Assembly (NCBI RefSeq): GCF_020745735.1 | Contig: NC_083443.1 | Span: 33,612,937-33,676,936, forward strand | Reading direction: 5' to 3' | DNA from: Hemiscyllium ocellatum | Lineage: Eukaryota | DNA: 64,000 nucleotides | Shown: in pieces, positions 24,925 through 37,610 of the stretch | Layout: each line of letters starts with the position of its first letter | Position numbering within the stretch: position 1 is the stretch's first letter | Notes under the pieces: generated by a model | Database searches by the model: none | What the model saw: only the letters and a program-made list of their open reading frames with translations | What the model was told of the DNA's origin: nothing | Position numbers and translations under genes: made by a program

Positions 24925-25670
24925 TCAATGCCGAGGTTTAAACCGCCCCATGTAAGCACTACAGTTCCGGCAATAAACCATGGTTGTGCCGATGACTACC
25001 TGCTGGCATAAAGCGCACTGACGCCCTCTGGTGCCCACATGTGGAGTGGCCTGTTGAGTCACTGATCGACCAGCAGATGGCCGCCTTGAATATGCATCAG
25101 TACTACTGATCCTTGCAGTAGTATGTAGAGCTAAATGCATCCTCTCACCGGGCTGAGGATGGGTATAGGTTGTTTTCCTCCAGTCTTCATCCGGGGGAAC
25201 ATCAAGGCGAACTGGACCTGGAGTACTGGAGTGTGAAGACTTGTTATAAAAGGATTTTTGAATATCTAAGGTCTTTGTCATGTAACTGTTTTTTGGAAGA
25301 GTGTTTTGGATAGTACCACATGCAGGTCTGTAATGCACAGAAAAATGATTAGAACAACCATGATTCTCAGGCACCTCAGTCCGAGTCTGGTGCAGATGTC
25401 TGCTTGTTGTTATACTGGATGGATGTCTGCAAAGTTGCTCCACTTTTCTCTTGTCTGGCAGGACAGCTTGATTGTTGTTAGCCAGTCTCTGCTGAATGTC
25501 ATTCTTATTCTCAACATGCATCTGACCTTTTCTGATGGGTCTCTGTCCTTTGGTCCAATTCTTCTGAAAGCGTGGCAGCGTACCATAATTCACTGCAACA
25601 CTCTGGTAGTTCTCATGGTTGAGAGCTTCACCCCGGTCAAACACAGCCAGAAATTTTTCGATGCTCTCGT
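24925..25670 (-). CDS. USP54: USP54 last coding exon
   Basis: aaaacag|AC (phase 1) to TGA; ...IEKFLAVFDRG...VNYGTLPR...LDVPPDEDWR...CALCQQ...CRNC...RFKPRH*. Confidence 0.8.
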
Positions 25671-26544
25671 CTGTTTTCACAAGAAACAGACAAAGTTAAG
25701 CTCATAGAATTACTGGAAACTACTAGATCAGTGACAGAACTGCATTACCTATACATTCAAAATTATAGCAAAAGAATTTTCCTAAATGTTCCCAATCATC
25801 CACTGTAAATTAGGTAGAAACCTTAGTAAAATTACTATGTTGACAGATCATAACAGCCTTCACAGAAATTTAATCTACAACTACTACTGATAGCCTGAGA
25901 GTGAATGAGCCAAGAAGACACCACTTTTTACACATAATATATTTCTTGAAACAAAATCTGTTTGATCAAATCACATTTTCACATATTCAGTTCTGCTATG
26001 AATTATTGGAGATTACTGTAATGTTGCCTTTCAGATATTTTATCACTATATTCCTAGCTGGTTTAAAGGCTTCAGTAGTTCCCTATGTTCCTGTACTATG
26101 TGATCTGCACTACTGTCTTAGAGCACAACGCTTCACCTGTATTGACCAAATCTACCTATTAGTCCAAATGAGAACAAGGCATTGCTCAAGTCCTTCACTT
26201 TTACAAGTTGCCTTTTAAATTATATTAACCGTTTTTTCGATTAGCAACATTTATCACTGACCTTGACTTCAGAATGGGACTTTTGGCCTATTAAGCCGAC
26301 ACTGTCGCTCTGAAAGGACTGTCCATTTAGTCACAGTTACTTTCTCTTTCTTCGTACTCTTTCAAATTTATAATTTTCACATTTATTCATATTCATTTGA
26401 CAATTAATCCTATTTTAAGTACTGTTCTAGGAATTGCATTTGATGCTCTGATTAATCTGCACTTTTAAAAAGGTTTCCTAAACCGTTAATATTTTAAATG
26501 ATCTGAAGTCATAACTTCTAATTACTAGTTCACTCAAAATTGTA

Positions 26545-27642
26545 ATAGAATCATTGAGACATTGAGCACAGAAACAGACCCTTTGGTCCAACTGGTCCAT
26601 GCTGACCAGATTTCCCAAACTAAACTAGTCCCATGTGGGCCTGCATTTGGCTCACATCCTTCTAAACTTTCCCATGCAAATGTCTTTTAAATGTTGTAGC
26701 TGTACCTGTATCTATCAATTCCTCTGGCAGTTCATTCAACACACGAACCACCCTCTGTGTGAAAAGATTACCCTTGAGGTCCCTTTTAAATTTCTCTCCT
26801 CTCACTTTAAAATATGCCCCCTAGTTTTGAACTCACCCATCCTAGGAAATCCTCTGTCCCTCATGATTTTATAAACCTCTAAGGACACTCCTCAACGTCC
26901 TACGCTCCAGATAAAAAAGTCCCAGCCTATCTAGCTTCTCCCTAGGAATCAAACCCTCCATTGCATCAACATTCTGGTATATCTCTCCAATTTAATAATA
27001 TCCTTTCTTTAGCAGAGCGACCATAACCGTACACAGTACTTCAAAAGTGATGTCCCAACTCCTATATTCAATGGTCTGAGCAATGAAGGCAAGCGTGCTA
27101 AACGTCTTCTTAACCATCCTGTTCATCTCTGATGCAACTTTCAAGGAACTATGTACCTGAACCCATAAATGTCTCTGTTTAACGACATTACCAGGGCCCT
27201 ACCATAGTCCTGCTGTGGTTCATTTTACCAAAATGCAATACCTCACATTTATCCAAATTAAACTCCATCTGCCATTCCTCAGCCCATTGGCCCAATTGAT
27301 CAACATCTCTTTGTAACCTTAGATAAACTATTACACTGTCCTTTATACCATTGATTTTGGCAAAATTACTAACCATGCCTCCTAAATTCTCATCCAAATT
27401 GTTTACTTAAATGATAAACATCACTGGCTCCAGCACCAAACCCTGCTGAATACCGCTAGTCACAGACCTCCAGTCAGAAAAACAACCTTCCATCACCAGT
27501 CTCTGTCTCCGACTGTCAAATGAATTTTGTATTTAATTGGCAAGCTTTCCCTGAATCCCATGTGATCTAACTTTATTAATCAGCCTATCATACAGAATTT
27601 TGTCAAAGGCTTCACTAAATTCCACGTAGACAATGTCTACAG
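26545..27642 (-). mobile_element. CR1 LINE fragment (RT to 3' end), decayed
   Basis: LQRDVDQLGQWAEEWQMEFNLDKCEVLHFG plus a HER1-like tail. Confidence 0.88.
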
Positions 27643-28409
27643 CATCTATCAACAGATACTTCTGTTCATTTCTTTATTCATTTGCATAACTTTGAAAACT
27701 TTTATCAGACATCTTATTTTCTCTGTTATGAAGAAATCACCAGTTTGTTTCATATCAACATGTATTTTTAGTTTCTTATCTCTGATTCTGTCCTAATGAA
27801 TGTCTATCATCTTAACACCGCAAAAGCTGTTTTAAAAAAACCCAATGTAGTGATTTCAGAATAATCAAGAAAAAGGAGCAGGAATACATACAGCTCTTCA
27901 AGCCTGTTCTGTAATTCAATATAATCTGTAGTTTACCTTGGATTTCAATTCCATTTGCCCACCTGCTACCCATAATCTCAATCTCCAAGGGACCAAAAAT
28001 CATCTTATCTCAGCATTGTTCCATGATGGGAATTCCCACAGTTCTCTGGAGTACAGAATTCCCTAAAATATCACAACTCTGACTGAAGAATTTTCCCCTT
28101 TTCACAGTCCTAAACGATCAGTTGTTTACCCAGAGACTGCATCCCCATGTTCTAGATTCTGCAAGCAGCAGAGCCAATCCCTACTATACACTATCAAAAC
28201 TCAAAACATTCTCTGTTCCAATGAGATTAGCTTTCTAAACTCCAGGGACCACAGAATCAATTTACTCAGCCCCTTCTGAACACCCGCCTCATCCTATGGA
28301 TAATTCTAGTGTCTCTGACATCACTGTGCTGCCTCCATTGTAAGCACATCCTGCCTTAAACATGAAGAGCAAAACTGCGCACTGTTATCCAATTGTGGCT
28401 GATCAAAGT

Positions 28410-28680
28410 TCCACACAGGCCCTCTGAAGAGAATCCCACCCAGACCCATCCCCCAACCCTACATCCTGTAGCCCTACATTTCTCATGACTAACCCACCTA
28501 GCTTGCACATTGCTAGTATGGCCAATCCACCTAACCCACACATCTCTGAACTGTGGGAGGAAACCCATACAGAAATGGGCTGAATGTATATACCCCCCCA
28601 CGCAGACAGTTGTCTGGAATCGAACCTGGGTCCCTGGTATTGTGAGGCAGCACTGCTAACCTGTGAGCCACCATACCACC
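28410..28680 (-). mobile_element. HE1-related SINE variant adjoining a decayed CR1 tail (about 27870-28410)
   Basis: tRNA head (cagcactgctaacc, tcgaacc in reverse complement) and V-domain. Confidence 0.65.
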
Positions 28681-28733
28681 TGTACTTCAATCACCTTGGA
28701 AATGTACACAAATAATTCCGGTGAATTCCTATA

Positions 28734-28952
28734 CAGTAGGCTCTGCTATAACACGTGTATCTTCAACATGAATTGGCTTTAATGTTATTGAAGAATTTAG
28801 ACCATCATTCGTAGAATGCAAACTTTCCTTACCTGTATTGGCTATAATGTGGTTCCGGCCCCATTAATTTAAATAATGCAGCTATTGTGCAATATTCTTA
28901 TAACGCGAGATTGCACGAGAATGGAGCTATCGCGTTATATCAAAACTGATTG
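28734..28952. mobile_element. Tc1/mariner (Tigger/pogo-like) MITE
   Basis: TA|CAGTAGGCTCTGCTATAACAC ... GCGTTATATCAAAACTGATTG|TA; imperfect TIRs with a TA TSD. Confidence 0.65.
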
Positions 28953-29480
28953 TATTCTGGAGCATTGTATTCATTTACGATGCAGTAGATTTAACTGATT
29001 GAAAATCTGTTTTGTTCTCATGCAATAATTTTATGAATGTAATAACAATAATAAGCAATTCTTGCTATCCAGACTGTTTTGATTAGTTAGATGTTGATCT
29101 CAAGAGCTTTTGTAAATACAATGTCAATGATTAAATATTAGAACATTCTACCACAATACTAAGGTAACACATGGACTGTATGCAGCTAACATTCCCATCT
29201 GTTTTTTTTCTCCCTCTCTGCCCAATTTCCCTCCTCCTCACTCACTGCCAACTTGGTGACATTTGAACCTTGCCTAATGAAGGGTGAGATAAGAATGTGA
29301 GGAGTCGGACTCAAAGCTGTGCCTGCCTATATTTTCTTTACCACCACCACAATACTTTGACAGCTTAGTTAATACTGGTTGTTTTGAGCTTGTTCTGACG
29401 TACACGAGACATGTGCTTTTGCACAGAGTTTCTGTTAGCAGTGAGACATTTTTAGACAAAAAGAATAGTGGAAGATAAGG

Positions 29481-29608
29481 ACCGAAAGAACTGCAGGTGC
29501 TGTATGAAACAAAAACAGAAATTGCTAGAAAAGCTCAGGAGGTCTGTCAGCATCTGTGGAGAGAAATCAGAGTTAACATTTTGGGTCAAGCAACCCTTCC
29601 TCAGAACT
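29481..29608 (-). mobile_element. Penelope-like family C arm with a decayed hammerhead
   Basis: on -: GUU-CUGAGGA-A-GGGU..ACCC-aAAA-UG-UU-AAC; flanks GAAGATAAGG/GAAGATTAGG. Confidence 0.65.
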
Positions 29609-30185
29609 GAAGATTAGGGTTGGGCCTCAGCAATGCAAGTATAGATGGGGGAAAGCAACGGGTTGGAGATAAGGTGGCTGCCATGGGTGGCAATGCATGG
29701 GAGGTATGGAATTGGCGATGAAAATAGCACAGTGGGATGGAAGATGCAAAGATCGGAAGGAATAGTTATGAAAATTTAAAGTAGTACTGATGCAATAACA
29801 ATACTAACTTATCCACAAATATTTTGCAGGTCTCCACTAATTTCACTACAGTAAAATTAGCAGAAATTATAGTGCATCAATACGGTTTAAATTGTGATCA
29901 TTTGATGAATCTCATAATAAAGCCTTTGCGTAAAAGCTTGTATGGTGTGGTGGAACCAATGCCAGCTTCTTGTAGTTAATGCCAGAAAATACTAAAACAT
30001 GGTTTTGTCATGTAAAGTACCTCTGCCAGTAGCTTCATTTACATGTTGACAATTCCACATTTGAACAGCATCTCAAATAACAATATGACCTGGAAAGGAA
30101 ATAGATGGACAAGGACATCTTGCAACCCTGCACACTATGGATCAGTGCACACAAAAGGAGGTACAAGTAGAGATGCCAAGATTAC

Positions 30186-30381
30186 CTGATGCTCTGTTTG
30201 CCTCACTAGCCTTGCTTGGCCACAATGGATCAGACGAAAGGTGCTTTGATAGGTTGGAATGGTGTTGAAGGAAAGAGGTTAACACATGAGGATCATGGGA
30301 GGAAGCTTGGGATGTGGTCAAGGAAGACGAACTGACCGATCTTTTTCGAAGCTCCATGCATTTTCTCAGGGTTGTTGTTTC
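30186..30381 (-). CDS. USP54: USP54 exon
   Basis: tacaag|GAA...G|gtaatc; ETTTLRKCMELRKRSVSSSSL...HDPHV; 196 bp, phase 0 to 1. Confidence 0.75.
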
Positions 30382-31368
30382 CTTGTAAGATAAATGGATA
30401 TGACTGTTATATGTGAAAACTTACTGTGATGACAGAAAGAAAAATTGCCTTAAATTTATTCCCATAAGCCTCTCCCACAAGATTAGGCAACTTAATAAGG
30501 ATGCATTAAGTTGCTAACACTTGTGCAATTATAAGTTGAAAATTACTCTGCGTAATTTAAAATGTCACTGGATTAGTAAACTACATGCTAAGGCTATTGT
30601 TACTGCTATATAGCTATTGTTACAATTTCCAAGTATATTTTGTCCCACTGATAGGACAAACCCAGGGGTGTGTCACAATAATATACAGTCAACGGGGAGT
30701 TGCATTACAAGTCCTCAACACTGACCCAATGTCTCATGGTATCAGGGGCACATATGGGCAATGAATGTTACTTTGGCACGAACACAGCATGTATCTGGGT
30801 GAGGGATTTCAACGGTCATTATTAGCAGTGGCTCGATAGCAGCATCACTGACCAACAGGGCCAATTTCTAAATTGCTGCTAGCCTGGGTCTGTGGCAGGT
30901 AGTGAAGAAACTAGCAATGGGAAGAAACCTACATGAACTTGCCCTCACCAATCTACCTGTCACAGTTGCAATTGCCCACGATATTATTGGTAGAAGTGCC
31001 GATTTCACAGCCCTTGAGACCAAACTCTTAGCTTGTACTAAGTATACCTTCCATTGAAGGTGTAGCATTAGCATTGTGTTAAATGAGAGAGATTTCAAAT
31101 AGTTCAAGCAGTTTCAAAATGGGTATTCATGAGGTACTGCGGTCCATCATTATCATCATCATCAGCAGCATTGCGTTCAAACTCAATTTGTAACCTTGTC
31201 TGGCACATCCCCCACCAAACGTTTATCATCAAGCCAATGGATCAACCCTAGTTCAGTTAGGAGTATAGAAGGCAAGGGTATACCAGGAATATTAAAAAAT
31301 GGGATATCAATCTGGTGAAAGTACAAACTTGCATGCCAAATCATAGAAGCAACATGTCACAGACAGAG

Positions 31369-31554
31369 GAGACAATGAGGTCTGCAGGTGCTGGAGATCA
31401 GAGCTGAGAGTGTGTTGTTGGAAAAGCACAGCAAGATCAGGCAGCGTCCTAGCTGGAAAATCGTTTCAGGCCGGAGCCCTGGTGAAGGGCTAATGAAGAG
31501 CACATAACATGCCCAAAATAGATTTGCCTGCTCCTAGGATGCTGCCTGACCATG
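31369..31554. mobile_element. Penelope-like family A fold-back element
   Basis: family A arms; perfect TSD TGTCACAGACAGAG at 31355-31368 and 31555-31568. Confidence 0.78.
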
Positions 31555-32427
31555 TGTCACAGACAGAGCCAAGCAATTCCACAACCAATGGATCAGATCT
31601 GCAGTTCTGTCACATTCAGTCATAAATAGTAGAGTAGAATTCAATGACAAGGAAGCCCAACACTCCAGACAGCTGAAGCAGATGGAGTCATCTTCTGCCA
31701 GATGACTGAGTGGATGAACCTATTCAGCTTCCTCTTCAGTCCCCAGAATCACAAATGACAGTTATCAGCCAATTCAGTTCACTCTACATGATATCAGAGA
31801 CTGGATACTGCAGAGACTATAGATCCTGGCAACATTACAGCAACAGTAGATTAAGGGGGTCTTGCAAAACTGAAATCAATGGGTATCCACTAGTTGGAGT
31901 CACACCTAGCACAAAGAAAGATTGCTGTGGTTGTTGGTCAATTTTCTTAGTCAACTGGAAAGTTCTTCAATGTGGACCCAACTATCTTCAATTGCTTCAT
32001 CAATAATCTTCTTTGCATCATTAGGTCAGAACTGATGAATGTTTATTGATGATTGCACATTGTGTGGCACATTTGTGCACATAAATGCCAATGAGTAACC
32101 ATCGCCAACCAAACAGAACCTAACCATTAATCATGACATTCAATACCACTACTATCCCTGAATCCATCACAAACATCACTCTGGGGATTACCACTGACCA
32201 GAAACTGAACTGCTCCAACCACATAAATACTGTTCAGAGATTAGGAATTCTGCAGGAAGTTAATGCTTCCTGACTCCCCAGAACTTGTCCAAAATCAGTA
32301 AGACATAAATGAGGACTGTGATGGAATAATCTCCATTAGGCTGAATATATCCAGCTCCAGCAATTCTCTTTTACAAGCACCTGCCAAACTTGTGGCCTCC
32401 AGCACCTAAAAGGGCAAGAATGAGACA

Positions 32428-32600
32428 GAGTCATACAGCATGGAAACAAACCCTTCGGTCAACTCATCCATGCTAACCAGATATTCTAAATTGATTCGGT
32501 CCCATTTGCCAGCCCTCTAAACCCTTCCTATTCATGTGCCCATCCAGATGATTTTAGATGTTATAATTGTACCCACCTCCACCACTTCCTCTGGCAGCTC
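32428..32600 (-). mobile_element. CR1/HER1 3' tail fragment
   Basis: matches 3361-3560. Confidence 0.75.
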
Positions 32601-32840
32601 AGCATGGGAACATCACCATCTGAAAGTTTATTTCCAAGCTACGCACAATTCTGACTTGAAATCATATTATCATCACTGTTGCTGGATCAAAATCTTGGAT
32701 GTCCCTAATACACTTAAACCAGATTGACAGCAAGCAGGTGTATCAACACCATTTTACCAAGGGCAATTAGCAATGATCAATAAATGCTGGCTAGCCAGCA
32801 ATGTCCACATTCCACAAATGAATTAATAAAATTAACTTAC

Positions 32841-32978
32841 AACATTCTGAGAAGGAACCACAGGATCTCTGTTAGCAAGAATAGTTCCACTCAAGCTGCG
32901 AGCAATCCGACGGAAATTCTCTGCACTGTAATTATCGTTTTCCTCAATATCTCTTGCAGCAAATTCACCAAAATGCAT
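32841..32978 (-). CDS. USP54: USP54 exon
   Basis: tgtaag|ATG...GTT|gtaagt; contains NYSAENFRRIARSLSGT, matching the USP54 motif YSAENLRRISRSLSGT as recalled; acceptor less certain. Confidence 0.82.
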
Positions 32979-33982
32979 CTTACAAATTAGAGGATAAAGG
33001 TAAATGAGATTAGTTAAACATCCATGATGAGCAGTGGAAGGAAAAAAAAAGTCCTGAAAAGCACAGGAGTTTAAAATAAGCAAAGCAAAAGGAGGAGATT
33101 TTGCTCGAAATTGTAGTCATTTGTATTAGTCATAAATGGACGTAACGGCAACTTCACTAGGCATAGCAGGGCTCAAAGTGAAATGAAGTTTCTAAATTGT
33201 GGATACTCAGAGTACCGTTCAAAAGGTTAAGTTTTGGAAAAGCATTGCACTGAATCCAGTTCACACATTAATTAATCTGACTGCTTTATGCAATAGCTGC
33301 ACGTAAACATTGTATGCAAGAATAGTAACCTCGACTCAGCTATCATCAATAGTTTGAGGTAATTAGGGAAGTGAATTAAATGCTGGCATAGTGAGCAATG
33401 CCCACATCCCACGAATGAATTTTAAAAATTATGATTGGTTCACCAACTGCCTTTAGATGGATTCTGCACGATAATGCACTGCGTAGTTTCTGTAGAATCC
33501 TCAAAAGACAGCCGGTGTTACCCATCACACTGCTGCTTTCATTGCCAAACTCATGAAGTGCCAATGTGACTTTCCCTGTGGTCAGGCAGTTCCAACCTGC
33601 TCCTATATTGACGCAAAGTCATTTTCCAAACCTCAAATATGAAACAACTTCTTGTGTGAGGAGAACGTTGCTGGAGCACTTAAGATGCACATTTCTACTG
33701 AAGAAAACTCAGAACTTTAAACTATGATTTCAAATATTTCTGAAATCAGAAGTAGTAGAGTACTCGAAATTAAAAGGACTTCACAACAGTTGCTTTTTGC
33801 TTTAAATTCAGTTTTGAAAAAGTACTAATTTCCCCCAGCTCACCACAGCGAAGTTTCAAAAGCTAATACTCCCCATATTGCTAGCCTGAGAGAAACTGAC
33901 AATTCATTGTAAGTACACACAATAAGTAGTCTCACAAATTTATTATGAATTGAGTAATGAATTTCTATTCACTTAGAAATAC

Positions 33983-34116
33983 CTTTGTACGGATTGGTAC
34001 AGAAGCTCCACAAGACACTGCTGAATAAGCATTACGCTCAATCTCTGCGGTTGGAGTTTTTGACTGACCTCTGCCAGGCAGAGAGAAGTGTTTTCTTGTA
34101 AGTGTATGTGCAGAAA
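33983..34116 (-). CDS. USP54: USP54 exon
   Basis: cctctag|TT...AAG|gtattt; SAHTLTRKHFSLPGRGQSKTPTAEIERNAYS; 134 bp, phase 1 to 0. Confidence 0.8.
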
Positions 34117-34901
34117 CTAGAGGAGACACAAAAATCAGAGAGACATGAATGCATCCTTCCTTTTCATAGCCAGTTATGAATTGGGTTAGCTGTCTTTAAT
34201 CAGCATCATCTTCAAAAGATGACATTTAATTCGCCTACAACTATGTGTGTAGTCAGCATAGTCCAACTCCCAAACAAGCCGAGGTTACCATGAAGGATTT
34301 TCCTTCTCAACTTCTTCTACTGGCTGGGGCTTGATGACGCTCAGGTTAGACCACCACCAGCCATTTCTCTCTAATCAGACAGCAGCCCTATAAGACTATG
34401 GTGACTACCTTTATAATTAAGATAGATTTTTGAAATTGACTCTGAATATACTCCAATTGGACCTAGCTATCTCTGATCATAATGGTGCTCTGATCTTGTT
34501 TTTCAGTATAGTCCAGAGCCTTCGATGTTGCACCACTGCCAAAAAAAATGTTGATGTGGCAATCAGTTGTGTGGCTGGGTTCAGGTACATCTGGTGTAAC
34601 AATATTTTGAATCAGCAGATTAATTGCTGTAGGAACATACAAACAAGGAACAAGAGCAGGCCATTCAGCACTCTGACTTGATTGGAGTTTGGTATTTCTG
34701 TGGTATAATTTAAACTGATTGGCCGAATGTGAATTTGTTTTTGTATCCAGGCAACCAGCTACTCTAGCTGCTGGACCAAATGTGACAGTGTAACTTCTCC
34801 AGCACTCTGCGTGCCTCTCTAAGTCCTTGCTATCTTTTAACTCTCTTAAAGGTACACCTTAAACTTCAGAGGACACATCTAGCCTATCTAACCTTTCCTC
34901 A

Positions 34902-35329
34902 AAGGGCTCTGGCCCGAAACGTCGAATTTCCTGTTCCTTGGATGTGCCTAACCTGCTGTGCTTTAACCAGCAACACATTTTCAGCTCTGATCTCCAGCAT
35001 CTGCAGACCTCACTTTTTACTCGAAGATTTTAACCTACTGCGAATCCTCTTGCAAGGATGCCTTCCTTGAAGAAGCTCTCTTCCTCCCTCTACAAGGATT
35101 TCAGTGAGTCTCTCTCTCACTGCACCCCCCAGGTCATCTCCTCTGCACAGAAGCTCTTCAGACATCTCCATCGCCCCTCCCCCAAGTCCCTCCTCCCTAC
35201 CTTTTATCTTAGCCTGCCTGGCACATTCTCCTCATTCCTGATGAAGGGCTCTGGCCCGAAACGTCGAATTTCCTGTTCCTTGGATGCTGCCTAACCTGCT
35301 GTGCTTTAACCAGCAACACATTTTTCAGC
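34902..35329 (+). mobile_element. internally deleted Penelope-like element with direct (pseudo-LTR) repeats, retrozyme-like
   Basis: about 85-bp direct repeats at 34902-34985 and 35244-35329; flanking CCTTTCCTCA at 34892-34901 and 35330-35339. Confidence 0.8.
35234..35269 (+). ncRNA. minimal type-I hammerhead ribozyme motif
   Basis: AUUC-CUGAUGA-A-GGGC(UCUG)GCCC-GAAA-CG-UC^GAAU; stem I AUUC/GAAU; palindromic ACGU stem III. Confidence 0.72.
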
Positions 35330-36096
35330 CCTTTCCTCATAAGGCAATCCATTCATTCATGCCAAGTATTAGTCCAGTAAGCCTTCCCAAAAAATGTCTC
35401 CAACGCACATCTTTCAGTAAATATGATGACCCAATACTGTACACACTACTCCATCTGTGGTTAGATGTGGTCAGATGAATACTCAGTATTTGTTTGAATG
35501 GATTTCCTCTCAGCAAAGCTGACCTCTTTTTTAATATTAACACCTACTGTTTTCCCATATCATTTCTCAATCATAATTAGCACTCGCTTTTCCTTTTGCT
35601 TTAGGGCACCTTTATCAGTTGTTTCACTTGCTCCTCCTCATTCATTTTTCCACTCAAAAAAACTATCAATTTTCCAGCCCCTTTTAGTTGTGAAGAGTCA
35701 TCCCGAACTAAAAATGTCAATTCGGTTTCTCTCTCGACAGATTCTACGAGAAATGTTCAGTTTCTCTAGCATTTCTTGCTTTTTAGTCTGTACCTGTTTG
35801 TAGAAAGGATTGGAAATTAAACAGACAGGCAGCACTAGGAATCCTTGTGCTGCCTGGCTGTTTAATTTCCAATGAACAACCCAAGCGTCTTAATGATTAA
35901 CCTTCAGCCTATCACAGTCATTGACTGTCCTTGCACTGTTAAACACATCCCAGCCAAACCTATCGAATTTTGTGACTTAAACAAAACACTTCACTGAGAA
36001 ACTGACAATTAATGATCAAACTTTGCGAATCTCCACAACAGTTGCTAAAAGATTGGAAGTGTGGTTGCTTACTTATTGCATGTTGAGCCCTCTCAC

Positions 36097-37610
36097 CTGG
36101 TTTAGTACTGCTTTGTCTGGCAGTGCTCTCAGCCAACTGTCTCCCTGGTGAATATCTGGTATTCTCGGAAGCCTGCAGACTTGCTTGATAGAGCGATTCC
36201 AGTTCTGAAAATTCCAGTTCCAAATTCTGATTTGCATCCTTAAATGGTTGCACTTCTTGTTTTCCATGAGCTTGCGTGTTATTTTTTTGGCTGGGCAGAT
36301 TATCATGCAAGTGATGCTGTTCACTGTTTTTGTAATCTGACTGTAACATATAATGTTCCAAATCACCAACAATCCTTTTACCCACAGGCACAGAAGCTGT
36401 ACTGGAAGAAAGCTTATTTTGCTGCCTCGCTGGTACAGACTTGTCCTTGGAACTGGTTTCCCTGAAAACTGCTTGGACAGCACTTTGGTATTTCTGTCCA
36501 CATGTCTCATCTGTCTGAACATCAGGTGAAAAACCTGACCTTCTCAAGTGACTGTATACATCTCTTGCAGCAGCATCAGTGTTTGCTTGGTAAGTAGGCA
36601 GAGATGGAGTAACAGATACCTCAGCTTTACAGTCCAATGGTCTGTGTGAAATCTGGGGAGAATACAAGCTGTCAGAAGACCACTTTGTACTGCCCAACTG
36701 ATCATTGCCTTGAAGAGTTCCCACCTTTTGATTCAAAGTCAGAGGTAGCTGGGATGCTTCTTGATCAAATTTCTTTGGTGAAAAATCCGAACATGTACTT
36801 TTGTAATTACCTTCATCACTTCTCTGACCTAACTTAACATTTATCCTTTGTAACTGTTGTGTCATTGACTTTACATTAACCCGGTCAACTGTTGTTTTGG
36901 TCTTGGATGAACAGGTCTTGTCAAACTCCGTTGAATTCAAGTTCAAACCTAAGTCACTTCTATGTGACTGATAAGGAGGAGATTCTGCAGGGGACCAGTT
37001 CAAGCTTGTGGACGACAAAGTTGTACATGGAGAAACTTCGGTATCAGTTGCGTTAAATTGACTTGAATTACAATATTGAGAAGAATAAGGACTGCTGTTT
37101 GAACAGACACCTATTTCATCTTTTTGAGTTGACACTTGCATATGGAGAGATGTTGATGGAAATGTGTGATGCATGCCTCTGTATTCAGCTGTAAGCAATG
37201 GCAAAGAACCATGTTTGTTTATTGTCAATTTATGGTTGAATACTGAACAGTCTGATTTCTCCTTCCCTTCTACTGGTTCATCAATATTCTTCAGCTGATG
37301 CTTGGACATCGAGACACTCTCTTCCTTCTTCTCCCCGGGGAGAAAAGCTGGCACCCAATTGCAATTGCTTGGAGATGGAAGTTCGGTGGTACATCTGGCA
37401 TATAGGTTTGGTTTCAGTTCAGAAGCCAATGAAGTGGAAACTTTGCCATGCGAATTTGATTGAGAGTCATGTAACCTAGAAGCATGTTGATTAAGTTGAT
37501 GATGGGAGGCTGACAGGACGAGGGAAGCTTTGGGCCTGTGATCGGATTCACCGGTAGGTTCCATTGCTCTCTCTGATGTTAGCAGTACTTGGACCTGGCT
37601 AGCCTGCATA
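36097..37610 (-). CDS. USP54: USP54 large exon (1514 bp, Ser-rich disordered region)
   Basis: tttcag|T ATG...G|gtgaga inside the 587-aa ORF; ends with EFSELESLYQASLQAS. Confidence 0.88.

Larger units (their letters stand above)
30700..32830 (+). mobile_element. old, heavily decayed LINE (APE endonuclease to 3' tail) with nested insertions
   Basis: remnant GDFN..H..W and LRQVV..P..G.N.LDL-like endonuclease motifs at 30790-31010; 3' tail gggcaattag..ataaatgctggc..cccacat, which recurs near 33360 and, inverted, near 61300. Confidence 0.55.

Noticed and set aside
25306-25707. 133-aa + strand ORF
   Set aside because: Antisense shadow of the USP54 last exon.
33376-33603. Possible extra USP54 exon
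   Set aside because: The candidate acceptor leads to a stop in the required phase, and the flanking exons already join in phase 0.
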